DNA of 64,000 bases from Candidatus Babelota bacterium. GTDB lineage: Bacteria; Babelota; Babeliae; Babelales; Vermiphilaceae. The DNA lies in contig JBMOLF010000010.1 in assembly GCA_049325595.1 (NCBI GenBank), forward strand, positions 160,001-224,000, given 5' to 3'. Within the stretch, counting starts at the first letter, position 1, and every line of letters starts with the position of its first letter. The translations under genes were made by a program, and so were the position numbers. Below are positions 35,377-46,300 of this stretch, piece after piece. Under the pieces are notes generated by a model. The model was not told the DNA's origin and ran no database searches. It saw only the letters and a list, made by a program, of their open reading frames with translations.

Positions 35377-36342
35377 ATGCTTCAATTGAGCCAATTTCTA
35401 GAACATTTTAAAGATAAACCGCAAATAAATAATAAAGTTATTGGTTTTATTGGCTCCTTTGATGACTTGCCATTGCTAACCTTGTCTCAGCTTGGCAATA
35501 AATTAGCCCAAACATATAATATTGAATTAAAAAAACTAGAAATTATTGAGCAAAATTTTTTTGAGTGGCAGTCTCAAATAAATTCATCATTTCTTGGTCT
35601 ATCAAGGATATATTGGCTTACTGGTACAGAAAATATAAAAAATCTTACTCATGTATTAAATTTATTAGATCAATATGATGGACCGCATTATTTATTTTTT
35701 TATGCTTCGCGTGAGCAAGTAGAAAAAGTTGCTGCAAAAAATATTGTATTTGTTGATCTACCCACCATAATAGATAAAAAAAGTTATTTTATTATTGCCA
35801 ATAGTTTGTATAAATTATCATCAACTGAGTCATATGCTACTGAATTATTTTCGCGTGTGGAAAAAATATCAGTTGAGCAAAGTTGTTCAATTCTTAATTA
35901 CTTAGAATTAACGGGTACATTTTCTTCTGATTTATTAACCAGCGATTGGTTTGAAAAAATAATAACTCCTGAGCGATCACTTTTTTTATTGAGCCAATAT
36001 TTTTTTGCCAAAGATGAAAAAAATTTCTTTAAAGTATGGCAATTAATAAAAGAAGATTATAGTGATATGTTTTGGTTATCATTTTGGTCCGAACAAATGT
36101 GGCGTGCTTACTATGTTACTTTGTTTCATCAAAAAAAATCGCCCATAGCGTTAAAAAAAATGAGTTTCCGATTGCCATTCTCTTTTATACAAAAGCAGTG
36201 CAAAGAGTATTCTATTGCTGAACTAAAAAATGCACATGATTTTTTGTATAATTTAGATTTTTCATTAAAAAATGGCACTACCCAGAGCACAATAGAAATT
36301 TTTTATTTATCTTTCTTTAGCGATAGTTTTCAAATTTCATAA
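35377..36342 (+). CDS. Hypothetical protein, possibly divergent DNA polymerase III delta subunit (HolA-like)
   Basis: About 320 aa; SSFLG at HolA 'slF' position; C-terminal 'LYNLDFSLKNG' resembles HolA 'D..lKtG'. Confidence 0.5.
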   Translation: MLQLSQFLEHFKDKPQINNKVIGFIGSFDDLPLLTLSQLGNKLAQTYNIELKKLEIIEQNFFEWQSQINSSFLGLSRIYWLTGTENIKNLTHVLNLLDQYDGPHYLFFYASREQVEKVAAKNIVFVDLPTIIDKKSYFIIANSLYKLSSTESYATELFSRVEKISVEQSCSILNYLELTGTFSSDLLTSDWFEKIITPERSLFLLSQYFFAKDEKNFFKVWQLIKEDYSDMFWLSFWSEQMWRAYYVTLFHQKKSPIALKKMSFRLPFSFIQKQCKEYSIAELKNAHDFLYNLDFSLKNGTTQSTIEIFYLSFFSDSFQIS

Positions 36343-37005
36343 TTTTTTGATAAATCGTTCTGGTTGAATAATGCCACCCGAAATAATAAGAGCCATGGCT
36401 TCTTGGCGAGATAGATCGGTTGGAAATATTTGATCTTTAGCTACTATAAAAAAATAACCGGTTGTGGGATTAGGGGTAGTTGGCACAAAAACACTCATAT
36501 ATTGGTTGTTATCTTCTGGTGTTAGTGAGCCCGCCAATTCACTTGTCATAAATCCAACACTATAAATGCCTTTGCGAGGAAATTCTATAAGCACCACCTG
36601 TTTAAAAGAAACTTTATCGTGCGGGTTAAATGCATCAACTAATTGTTTGATTCCTGAATATACGGTTCGTACTAAAGGAACTTTGTTGAGTAATGATTCT
36701 ATTGCGTGTAGCAATGAGCGCAGAAGAAAAACACGTAAGATTAAGCCAACTAATATAATAATTGCGACCACAAGAACAAGTTCTGAAAAATGAATATCGT
36801 GCAAAAAAGAAGGTTCAAGGCGATGAATTGGTTTAAGCCAACCTTTTTCATAAATTGGCTGTAACCAATTTTTTAGTATTTTGAGCGTGAAATTAAAAAT
36901 ACCAATGGTGAGTGCTATTGGCAAAAGTGTTAAAAGACCGCTTAAAAATAATGACCATATATTATCAATAAATCTTCTAAAAGTTGATTGTATCATTTTT
37001 TTCAT
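36337..37005 (-). CDS. DUF502 family membrane protein
   Basis: GLLTLLPIALT, VPLVRTVYS, VLIEFPR, VFVPTTPNPTTG. Confidence 0.92.
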   Translation of the reverse strand: MKKMIQSTFRRFIDNIWSLFLSGLLTLLPIALTIGIFNFTLKILKNWLQPIYEKGWLKPIHRLEPSFLHDIHFSELVLVVAIIILVGLILRVFLLRSLLHAIESLLNKVPLVRTVYSGIKQLVDAFNPHDKVSFKQVVLIEFPRKGIYSVGFMTSELAGSLTPEDNNQYMSVFVPTTPNPTTGYFFIVAKDQIFPTDLSRQEAMALIISGGIIQPERFIKKL

Positions 37006-37023
37006 GTAAAAATCCTTATATTT

Positions 37024-38346
37024 TTATATAGTATGTTCGTTTTGCAGTGATTGTGCCAATTGACGAGCAACGTGCTTAGCTTCTGGTAATGAAATATTTT
37101 CAACCATAATACGCAAAATATTTTCAGTACCTGAATAGCGAACAATAATTCTTCCGGATGAAAGATCATTAGTATGTTTTTGAATAATTTTAGTGATTGG
37201 CTCATTAGTAAGATCAATTTTGGTAGTCACAGGAAGATTAATTATGTGTTGAGGATAGCGACTAAATGTTGTTAAATTCCAATTATTGGATTGTTGTATT
37301 GCTTGTAATACACGCAAAGCAGTGAAAATACCATCGCCAGTATTCATATAATCTTTCAATATAAGATGGCCTGATGGCTCTCCTCCTAATAATGAGTTAT
37401 TCTGGTGCATTGTTTCAAGAACATATTTATCTCCTACTTTAGTACGTAGAAAATTAATATTTTTTTCTTTTAAGTAATTTTCAAATCCTTGATTGCTCAT
37501 GACAGTTCCTACAATACACGAGCTATGAACATAAGTTTTATAGTCAAGCAAAAGAGCTAATAAATCGTCACCATCTTTTATCTCGCCATTTTTATTACAA
37601 GCTATAACCCGATCGCCATCTCCATCAAATGCAAAGCCAATATCAGCATTTGTTTCGACTACCTTTTTTTGTAATAGAAAAGGTGCCAAACTTCCGCATT
37701 CTTTATTTATATTTTTACCGTCAGGCATATTATGTATCGTTATTACTTGGGCTCCAAATGCACTAAATATTTCTGGTGCTAGCTGATAAGTGGCTCCATT
37801 TGCACAATCGAGTACGATTTTAAGCCCTTTTAAATAATCTGGCTGAAAAAAATTATAAAGATACTCATGATAAAAACGTGCTCCATAATATATAATCTCT
37901 TCCCCCAGTAAAGAATAATCAGTATCACAAGAATTTATGAGATCAAAATAGGTATTTTGTATCGTTTCTTCATCTGAAGAGTTAATTTTTCCATTTTTAG
38001 TAATTATTTTTATACCATTGTCATGGTAAGGATTATGTGAAGCAGAAATAACGATTCCTAATTCAAAGTCTTGCTCTTTAGTAAGAAGACATACAACAGG
38101 TGTTGGTAGAATTTGTGCATCAAAAATAGTATGGCCATATAAGAGAAGCCCCGATTTTAACCCAGATTTTACCATGGAGCAAGAAATGCGGGTGTCATGT
38201 GCAAGTATTATAGAGACTGATTTGTTATATTTGTTTAAAGCCCATTTACCAATAGCTTTCCCGAGTAGGGGTAATGTTGATAATTCAAAGGGAAATTTTC
38301 CAATGGTGTTACGAATACCATCAGTTCCAAAAAAATTTTGTTTCAT
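37024..38346 (-). CDS. glmM: Phosphoglucosamine mutase
   Basis: FGTDGIR, SASHNP, DGDGDR, GGEPSGH, RYSGTE. Confidence 0.96.
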   Translation of the reverse strand: MKQNFFGTDGIRNTIGKFPFELSTLPLLGKAIGKWALNKYNKSVSIILAHDTRISCSMVKSGLKSGLLLYGHTIFDAQILPTPVVCLLTKEQDFELGIVISASHNPYHDNGIKIITKNGKINSSDEETIQNTYFDLINSCDTDYSLLGEEIIYYGARFYHEYLYNFFQPDYLKGLKIVLDCANGATYQLAPEIFSAFGAQVITIHNMPDGKNINKECGSLAPFLLQKKVVETNADIGFAFDGDGDRVIACNKNGEIKDGDDLLALLLDYKTYVHSSCIVGTVMSNQGFENYLKEKNINFLRTKVGDKYVLETMHQNNSLLGGEPSGHLILKDYMNTGDGIFTALRVLQAIQQSNNWNLTTFSRYPQHIINLPVTTKIDLTNEPITKIIQKHTNDLSSGRIIVRYSGTENILRIMVENISLPEAKHVARQLAQSLQNEHTI

Positions 38347-38350
38347 TAGC

Positions 38351-38755
38351 CTAAACTTTATTTATAGTGTTATTGCATTTAGTGTTTTTTAGCAGTGCAA
38401 CAAGATTAGTAGGTTTATAGTTTACCAGTTTAATTGTTGTGGGTAAAAATAAATTTTTTTCAGTGAGATATAGATTATTTGGTCCTGGCAATAGAAGTGA
38501 CCCATCTATATGGATTGCAAGTTGGTCATAATCTAATGCTTGTAAATCTAAACGTTTGCCTTTGAGAGTTATTGTTACTTTTTCTACGCAATCTATTTCA
38601 TATGAATTTTCAACATCATAAAAACAAAGCGGAACAGATATAGTAGTTTGGATGTTTTGATTTGAAGAAAAAAAACACCAAAAAGAATAAGCAAAAATAA
38701 ATGAAAATATCTTAATGCTCAATTTGTGTGTTGTGAGGCTTTTGATTGTTAGCAT
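38351..38755 (-). CDS. YbbR/CdaR-like protein with a single YbbR-type domain
   Basis: TM 'KIFSFIFAYSFWCFF' then VPL...VTITLKG...IDGS...L...LP pattern; lies between cdaA-like gene and glmM. Confidence 0.75.
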   Translation of the reverse strand: MLTIKSLTTHKLSIKIFSFIFAYSFWCFFSSNQNIQTTISVPLCFYDVENSYEIDCVEKVTITLKGKRLDLQALDYDQLAIHIDGSLLLPGPNNLYLTEKNLFLPTTIKLVNYKPTNLVALLKNTKCNNTINKV

Positions 38756-39515
38756 ATGTTTCTATCCCTCTGTCTTTTTGCTGATTAATGGAGGAAAAAT
38801 AAGTCTGTAACAATTCTTGTGTTTGTAAGGCGGTCATTTTTAGATATATTTTTCCTTCGATTACCATATCAAATGTATGTGTTGAAGATGAAGCTCTCAC
38901 TATTAAATTTTTTAATTTGAAAGAAAAAGTTGTAAAATGTTCTATCGAATTTTTATTTTCGCCCAGACTTAGGGTATTTGCTATTGAAGGAATGGTTACA
39001 TTAATTCCGCGTAAATATCCCTCTTGATCTATAAGAATAAACTTGTTTTGATTGTAAAACTCGCTATGAGTAATTAATGTAATAAGATCTGGAGTTATTA
39101 ATGAATGGACAGGAAGAGGATTTTCTATATATGAATGTATATTAAAATTAGTTTCTATTATGCACAATACTTGTTTATTACGATGAGTAGTAATAAGAGA
39201 TTCTTTTATTAAAATATTAAGCCAATTCTTATTGTTAATTTGTTGGGGAATTTTTGCTAACGCAATAAAATTTTTTTGAATTGTTTCCTGGTGTACAATA
39301 AAAAGAAGAGTTATAAAAAGTGGCCATAAAAAAACTAAAAAAAGTATAGTGGTAGGAATGTTTATAAGATAAGCAACTAAAAGTGAGCATGAATAACCCC
39401 AAAACCAAAAAATTAGATTGCTATTATCTTTTGCTAGCCATAATGACAAGCGATAAATAATCATAAAATAAAATGAAATTTCAATGATATCTCTTGCGTT
39501 AACATAAAACCACAT
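38712..39515 (-). CDS. CdaA/DacA-like membrane protein with degenerate diadenylate cyclase domain
   Basis: Three N-terminal TM helices, 'IVHQETIQK' like 'VIFQPELRR', 'LCIIET...SYIE' like 'LIVIER...YIE'; DGA and RHR absent; synteny with ybbR-glmM. Confidence 0.7.
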   Translation of the reverse strand: MWFYVNARDIIEISFYFMIIYRLSLWLAKDNSNLIFWFWGYSCSLLVAYLINIPTTILFLVFLWPLFITLLFIVHQETIQKNFIALAKIPQQINNKNWLNILIKESLITTHRNKQVLCIIETNFNIHSYIENPLPVHSLITPDLITLITHSEFYNQNKFILIDQEGYLRGINVTIPSIANTLSLGENKNSIEHFTTFSFKLKNLIVRASSSTHTFDMVIEGKIYLKMTALQTQELLQTYFSSINQQKDRGIETYANNQKPHNTQIEH

Positions 39516-39612
39516 AGAAGATCCTTTTTTAGAATCATATAACTATTTTTTCAAAGACAGATTTTGTTGGTTGCATTATTCTAATAATAAATAGCAACTA
39601 CCTAGCAATTAA

Positions 39613-40623
<1,011 letters not shown>

Positions 40624-40759
40624 ACTATTTGCTAAGAAAATTTAATCATAGCAAGCTCCTGACTTAAATTAAATATTGAAATATTCCAAAGAAATATATT
40701 ATTTTAATTGTATAAGAGTAATAGATTTTAATTGGAAAAATTAAAACTTTGGAACTAAT

Positions 40760-41551
40760 ATGAATAAATTTTTTTTTATATATCTATTAAGTATACTATG
40801 TTTTTATACAAGTAGTCATGCTGCTAAGCAATTGGCACAAATTCAAAATAAAACCAATTTAACTGCGTATGCGGCACTGCAATCTATAAAAGATCCAATA
40901 AACAATCTTAATTTCCAAAAAATTGAGCCACAAGAAACAGTTTCTATTGGATATGAAGTAGATGGTCAACCAAAACGACTAGCATTTGCTTTAGGGTTTA
41001 AGCCAACTTCTCAAGAAGATTTTACTACATATACGGTTGGCCCAAAATCCAGTGCTAAGGGAATTTTTTTAATATTAGCGCCAATACCTGATAACATAAA
41101 AACTATACCACTCATCAAAAGTGAACCGTATGAAAATGGAATTTTAGGAGATGGCTACGTATTATATCCAATTCCTCGTATTTATAAGCCAACAAATATA
41201 ACTGCATTGCATATTCGCCAAGAACAAAAAGCTGAAATTATGACCCCACCAAGTGATGTTCCACCGGTTCCAGTTCAAAAAGAAGAAATTAGTAGCGATG
41301 AACAAGAAGAAAAATCTATTGAAGAGCGTATTGCACAACTTCAAAAGATATTAGATGAAATGAAATCGCTACAACCATCAGACAAAGAAGTATGGGATAG
41401 CATGACTAAAGATGAGCTTGCACAAGAATATTATCGATTAAATACGGAGCTTGAAGATGCTGAATATTTAGAAGATGAATTAGCACAAGATGCAAGAATT
41501 AAGCAGTTGTTTATCGATATTTCTTATATTCGTTCATTGCTTGATAGATAA
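40760..41551 (+). CDS. Hypothetical secreted protein with Pro-rich linker and acidic coiled-coil C-terminus
   Basis: Signal peptide ending SHA|A; TPPSDVPPVP linker; helical E/K/L-rich tail. Confidence 0.75.
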   Translation: MNKFFFIYLLSILCFYTSSHAAKQLAQIQNKTNLTAYAALQSIKDPINNLNFQKIEPQETVSIGYEVDGQPKRLAFALGFKPTSQEDFTTYTVGPKSSAKGIFLILAPIPDNIKTIPLIKSEPYENGILGDGYVLYPIPRIYKPTNITALHIRQEQKAEIMTPPSDVPPVPVQKEEISSDEQEEKSIEERIAQLQKILDEMKSLQPSDKEVWDSMTKDELAQEYYRLNTELEDAEYLEDELAQDARIKQLFIDISYIRSLLDR

Positions 41552-41563
41552 AAAGGATGGATT

Positions 41564-42154
41564 ATGCAATTTTTCAATAAAAGTGATAAATCAAATATTT
41601 TAGTATCTTTAGCGACGGTAACATTTTTACTTATACTTGTTGGTATTACGATATTTTATTTTGTAAATTATACTAAGCAAGCTACGGCTGATCAAATTAT
41701 TACCGACATAGAATTACTAGGTAAAACATTTAAAAAAATTGATGAAACTGCGGTGATACGAGATTTCAATAGCCCTAAATCTACCATTAATTATCTAAAT
41801 ATAAAAAAAGGGGGTTTTGTTGGTTCTGAAGTAGGACCAATGAATTTAGTGCATCCAGATAAATGGGAAGGACCCTATTTTAGAGATAATCCCATGATTG
41901 AAAATAAAGAATATCAAGTAGTTAAAACGCGTAATGGTTATTATGTAGTTCCAGGCGATGGCGTGAAATTGCCTAATGGAAAAATTATGGGAACTGATGT
42001 GATCATAGATCAATCAACAGATATCGAAGAGCTTACTAAAAGTGGCAATGATCTGAACTATAAGGACAGACCACTGGCAACATTTATTCCTACTGCAGCA
42101 TCTCGCATAGCCCAACTTGCAGATGATCTAATAATTACTGACCAGGAAATGTAA
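41564..42154 (+). CDS. Membrane-anchored protein, GspG/pilin-like
   Basis: N-terminal TM, amphipathic helix (IITDIELLGKTF), 'KWEGPYF' like GspG 'W.GPYL'. Confidence 0.5.
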   Translation: MQFFNKSDKSNILVSLATVTFLLILVGITIFYFVNYTKQATADQIITDIELLGKTFKKIDETAVIRDFNSPKSTINYLNIKKGGFVGSEVGPMNLVHPDKWEGPYFRDNPMIENKEYQVVKTRNGYYVVPGDGVKLPNGKIMGTDVIIDQSTDIEELTKSGNDLNYKDRPLATFIPTAASRIAQLADDLIITDQEM

Positions 42155-42164
42155 GATCATATTA

Positions 42165-44435
42165 TTATATTGTTGTTAAAAACCGGGCATCAATTTTTTT
42201 GGTGCCTGATTTAAATTCTACGGTTAAATGGTAGTTCTTATCTGATCTTATTTCTACTTCTTTAATAATTCCTGTACCAAATTTTGCATGATGTACTGGC
42301 TGATTTTTTTTCCAGGAAGACACGTTTGAACTTGAAGATTCAGGCATTGTTGTTATCAAATTTTTAACCTTGAAAGTTTGTTGAATAACAGGAATGTTTG
42401 AATTATTAATGGCAGAAGATAATTTTGGTGTATATAGCCATTCAGAAAAATAATTGATGAAATGTGATTGCTGCCAATAGGAGCAATCTTGAGCTGGGGC
42501 TAAACGATTGGGTATTTCGTTCATAAAACGCGAAGAGCGTTGGTCTGTCATAGTTCCAAATGTATAACGATACTTACAATGAGTAATGAGTAAATATTCC
42601 TGAGCTCTTGTTATGCCAACATAGAATAAACGGCGCTCTTCTTCAATTTGGTCATCATTATTTAATGATCGAGTACTTGGCAGAATGCCTTCTTCAACAC
42701 CGGTAAGAATTACCGTATCAAATTCTAATCCTTTTGCAGCATGTAAGGTCATAAGAAGAACGGGATTTAAAGATGAAGTTTCATTATCTTTATTATAATG
42801 TTCTTGCATAAGAGCTACTTCATCTAGAAACTGAGCAATTGTTTTAATTCCCCCTGTTTCTAAATGTCTTATTGCACCGATCAATTCCTTAATGTTTTCA
42901 ATACGACTTAATGCATCTTGTGGATCGTATTCTTCTTTTAAATAAGTATAATAATTTAATTTTTGTACTACTGCTTCAATAGCGTTGCTTGGCAATGTTT
43001 CTATTTCAATTGACTCGAAAATATCTATAAAAGCAATAAGAGCTTGTTGCTTAGTCCTAGTAAGAGTTTTTTCTTCGATGAGTTTACGTCCAATATCTTT
43101 AAAAGATAAAAAGGGCTCGAGTTTCCAGCGTTCATGAAATTGTTCTTCAAATTGAGCACCCAATCCGCGTGCAGGACAATTTATAATTCTAAAGAATGAT
43201 GCTCTATCAAAAGGATTAATGATAAGTTTTAGATACGCAAGTAAATCTTTAATTTCTTTTCGCTCATAGAATTGTACACCCCCAACTATTTTATAAGGAA
43301 GACTATGTTTGATAAGTGCTTCTTCAATAGCCCGGGATTGAAAATGTGTTCGGTAAAGAATAGCAACTGAATCAGTTGTTTTTTTCTTAGCTGAAATAAT
43401 TTTCAAGAACTGTGCTATTGCTTCAGCTTCTTGGTATTCAGATAAGCAGACAAGTGTTCGTGCCCTATCTGCGCCTTTCTTGTCCGACCAAAGACGCTTA
43501 GGGTTTCTACTATTGTTGTGTTCGATTACTGAGTTTGCAATATCTAATATAGGTTGTACAGAACGGTAATTTTGCTCAATAGTAATAATGGCAGTATTTT
43601 TAAAGTCTTTGGTAAAATTTAAAATATTAGCAACTGTTGCACCACGCCATGAATATATTGATTGATCCTCATCGCCAACTACGCATAATGAATCAATGAC
43701 AAATTGTTTTTGATCATCAAGTGCGATGTATTTAAGAAGTTCATGTTGGACAATATTAGTATCTTGATATTCATCAACTAGTAAATGCCGGATAGTTTGT
43801 TGAAGATTTTTTCTAAAAGCAGGATTTTTTTTAATAAGAATAACGGTTTGAACTAATAAATCATCAAAATCTAATGCTTTACTTAACGTTTTTTCATGCT
43901 CATAAGCACGGTATATTTCTTCAAGAAGTTGATTGTTAGCAAGATCATATTGCATGCCATGTAATGATTGATTTTTTATTTGCGATATTTGGTAGGCAAG
44001 CTGTTTTGCGGTAATTTTTTTAGTAAGACCATTTCTTGTAATAATTCCCTGTAAGATTTTATGTTGATCATCTTCATCAAGAATTGAAATAAAAGGAATA
44101 TCAAGCAAATGGGTATTTGTTTTAAGTAAACGAAGACAATATGAATGAAAAGTTCCTATAAAAGGAATTTGATGTGTTTTACCTAAAAATTGTTCAATAC
44201 GTTCTTTCATTTCTTTTGCTGCTTTATTAGTGAAGGTTAAAGCAACAATTTCTTCTGGTTTTACTGAATGATTAATTATAAGATGTGCTATTCGAGCTGT
44301 TATAACACGAGTTTTGCCTGAACCGGCGCCAGCCACAACAAGTAGTGCTCCTTTTGTGGTTGTTACCGCTTTACTTTGCTCATTATTTAATTGCTTAGAA
44401 ATAAAATCATTGAAGTTATTTTTAGATTCATTCAT
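42165..44435 (-). CDS. uvrD: ATP-dependent DNA helicase UvrD/PcrA
   Basis: AGAGSGKT, VDEYQDTN, GDEDQSIY, TLHAAKGLEF, EERRLFYVGITRA, C-terminal Tudor-like domain. Confidence 0.95.
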   Translation of the reverse strand: MNESKNNFNDFISKQLNNEQSKAVTTTKGALLVVAGAGSGKTRVITARIAHLIINHSVKPEEIVALTFTNKAAKEMKERIEQFLGKTHQIPFIGTFHSYCLRLLKTNTHLLDIPFISILDEDDQHKILQGIITRNGLTKKITAKQLAYQISQIKNQSLHGMQYDLANNQLLEEIYRAYEHEKTLSKALDFDDLLVQTVILIKKNPAFRKNLQQTIRHLLVDEYQDTNIVQHELLKYIALDDQKQFVIDSLCVVGDEDQSIYSWRGATVANILNFTKDFKNTAIITIEQNYRSVQPILDIANSVIEHNNSRNPKRLWSDKKGADRARTLVCLSEYQEAEAIAQFLKIISAKKKTTDSVAILYRTHFQSRAIEEALIKHSLPYKIVGGVQFYERKEIKDLLAYLKLIINPFDRASFFRIINCPARGLGAQFEEQFHERWKLEPFLSFKDIGRKLIEEKTLTRTKQQALIAFIDIFESIEIETLPSNAIEAVVQKLNYYTYLKEEYDPQDALSRIENIKELIGAIRHLETGGIKTIAQFLDEVALMQEHYNKDNETSSLNPVLLMTLHAAKGLEFDTVILTGVEEGILPSTRSLNNDDQIEEERRLFYVGITRAQEYLLITHCKYRYTFGTMTDQRSSRFMNEIPNRLAPAQDCSYWQQSHFINYFSEWLYTPKLSSAINNSNIPVIQQTFKVKNLITTMPESSSSNVSSWKKNQPVHHAKFGTGIIKEVEIRSDKNYHLTVEFKSGTKKIDARFLTTI

Positions 44436-44518
44436 ATATGTGCCCGGGAAATAAAATAGTTCAGGAAAAGTGTAGCAGAGTAAACTGATTATTGCATCAA
44501 TGAGAATTTGATAATTAT

Positions 44519-44902
44519 CTATTGTGCCTGAAGTAAAAAACTAAAGACGCTTATGAGAGAGCAAACAAAGCTTCCCCATAAAATATCTACTATAACAATG
44601 GGAAAAGGCCAGTTAGTAATATAAAGATAATTGGTTAATTCATACACGCTGTATAGAATGAATCCAAAAGTTAAACCATTTAAAAATGCAGATTTATAGT
44701 TGATACTTAAAGGTAAGACAAAATAAAAAATACCGCCAACGATTAAAACCCAGACAATAATTCCAATACTTATCAATGGGCTTGATCTTCCTAATTTGCC
44801 AATATTATTTTGGTAAAAATCGTTCATAAGAAAACCAAGCCAAAATATATCTAAAGCGGCAAACAAAAAAATACTTAAAATATAAGAAATAATTACCGAC
44901 AT
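44519..44902 (-). CDS. DUF2177 family membrane protein
   Basis: LDIFWLG, YELTNY, WP...VDILWG. Confidence 0.85.
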   Translation of the reverse strand: MSVIISYILSIFLFAALDIFWLGFLMNDFYQNNIGKLGRSSPLISIGIIVWVLIVGGIFYFVLPLSINYKSAFLNGLTFGFILYSVYELTNYLYITNWPFPIVIVDILWGSFVCSLISVFSFLLQAQ

Positions 44903-44968
44903 TGAGATACCTATTTCCTTAATTAGTTTACATTGTAAACGATACTATAAATTTTTTTGTCTATTACC

Positions 44969-46084
44969 CTACTTTTTAAAATTTTCAGTAAAGTTAAATA
45001 TATAGTCTATTAAAGGTTGTAAATCTGTTTTGTTGTGCGCGCTTACTAAGACATGTGGCTGATATTTGCTTATTTTTGACTCTATTTGTTCTTTATTATC
45101 AATTTTATCAGCTTTATTAAATACATAGATCATTGGTTTGTTAACATCAAGTTCTTTAAGAATTTGATGTACTGTTTTTATATGAAGTTCCCAATTTGCA
45201 TCAGCAATATCAATTACATGTAAAAGTAAATCAGCATATTCTAATTCTGAAAGTGTGGATTTGAAGGCTTCAATAAGTTGATGGGGAAGCTGTTGAATGA
45301 AACCAACGGTGTCAGATATCAAAGCTGTTTTTTTGCCATCAATATAGAGTTCTCGTGTAGTTGTTTCAAGCGTAGCAAATAATTTATCTTCGGCCAGAAC
45401 AGAGCTTTTAGTAAGAGAATTTAAGATAGTTGATTTGCCCGCATTGGTATAGCCAATTAAACAAATTAAAGGAATGTTGCTTGCAAGTCGTCGTTTACGC
45501 TGTGTTTGTCGTGCAGTATGGAGTTTTTCAAGCTGTTTTTTAATTTTTAAAATGGCATTTTCAATGTGGCGTGTTTCACGCTCTTTAATGGTTTCACCGG
45601 GTCCTTTATTGCCAATTTTTCCGGCTTGTTGGGATAAAAATATTCCTTGCCCAGAAAGTCTTGATTTGTCAAATTGAAGCATAGCAATGGCTACTTGAAG
45701 TTTTCCTTCGGCTGATGTAGCAGATTTTTCAAAAATTTCTAAAATTAAACGGGTGCGGTCATATATTTTGCAGTGTAATAACTCGCTTAAATTACGTTCT
45801 TGCTGCACCGTTAAGGGTTCAGATATAATTACTTCTTCGATTTCTAACTTGTCACAAATTTCCTTTACCTGTTCTAACTTTCCTTGAGTAAGAAAATAAC
45901 CAGGATCTATTTCTCGTAAGGTTATAAATTTGACTTCGTCATAATGAGTACGATTTGACTTAACCAGATTTAAAAATTCTTCAAAATATGAGTTAATATC
46001 AATATTTCTATTATAAGGGGCCTGTATGCCGAGTAATAAAGTTTTGGGAAATTGTTGAGTAATATATTCTTTTTTTACTGCCAT
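44969..46084 (-). CDS. hflX: Ribosome-splitting GTPase HflX
   Basis: GPGET, GYTNAGKS, LFATL, DTVGFI, NKAD. Confidence 0.96.
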   Translation of the reverse strand: MAVKKEYITQQFPKTLLLGIQAPYNRNIDINSYFEEFLNLVKSNRTHYDEVKFITLREIDPGYFLTQGKLEQVKEICDKLEIEEVIISEPLTVQQERNLSELLHCKIYDRTRLILEIFEKSATSAEGKLQVAIAMLQFDKSRLSGQGIFLSQQAGKIGNKGPGETIKERETRHIENAILKIKKQLEKLHTARQTQRKRRLASNIPLICLIGYTNAGKSTILNSLTKSSVLAEDKLFATLETTTRELYIDGKKTALISDTVGFIQQLPHQLIEAFKSTLSELEYADLLLHVIDIADANWELHIKTVHQILKELDVNKPMIYVFNKADKIDNKEQIESKISKYQPHVLVSAHNKTDLQPLIDYIFNFTENFKK

Positions 46085-46300
46085 GGGTAACTCTTTTTCA
46101 TACGAAAAGCTATGTAATTCTCTACTAAATACTTAATAGTCTTATAAATCCAATCCTTTATAATTTCTAATAGAAATAATTAATCCGTTCGGGTAAGAAA
46201 TTAATTAAATCAACGCCATTAATAAGGTAAAAATATAGTGTTTATGCTTTTTTTTGATAAACTATTTTTAATATAGCAAAAAAAGCAGGAAAAAATTAGT

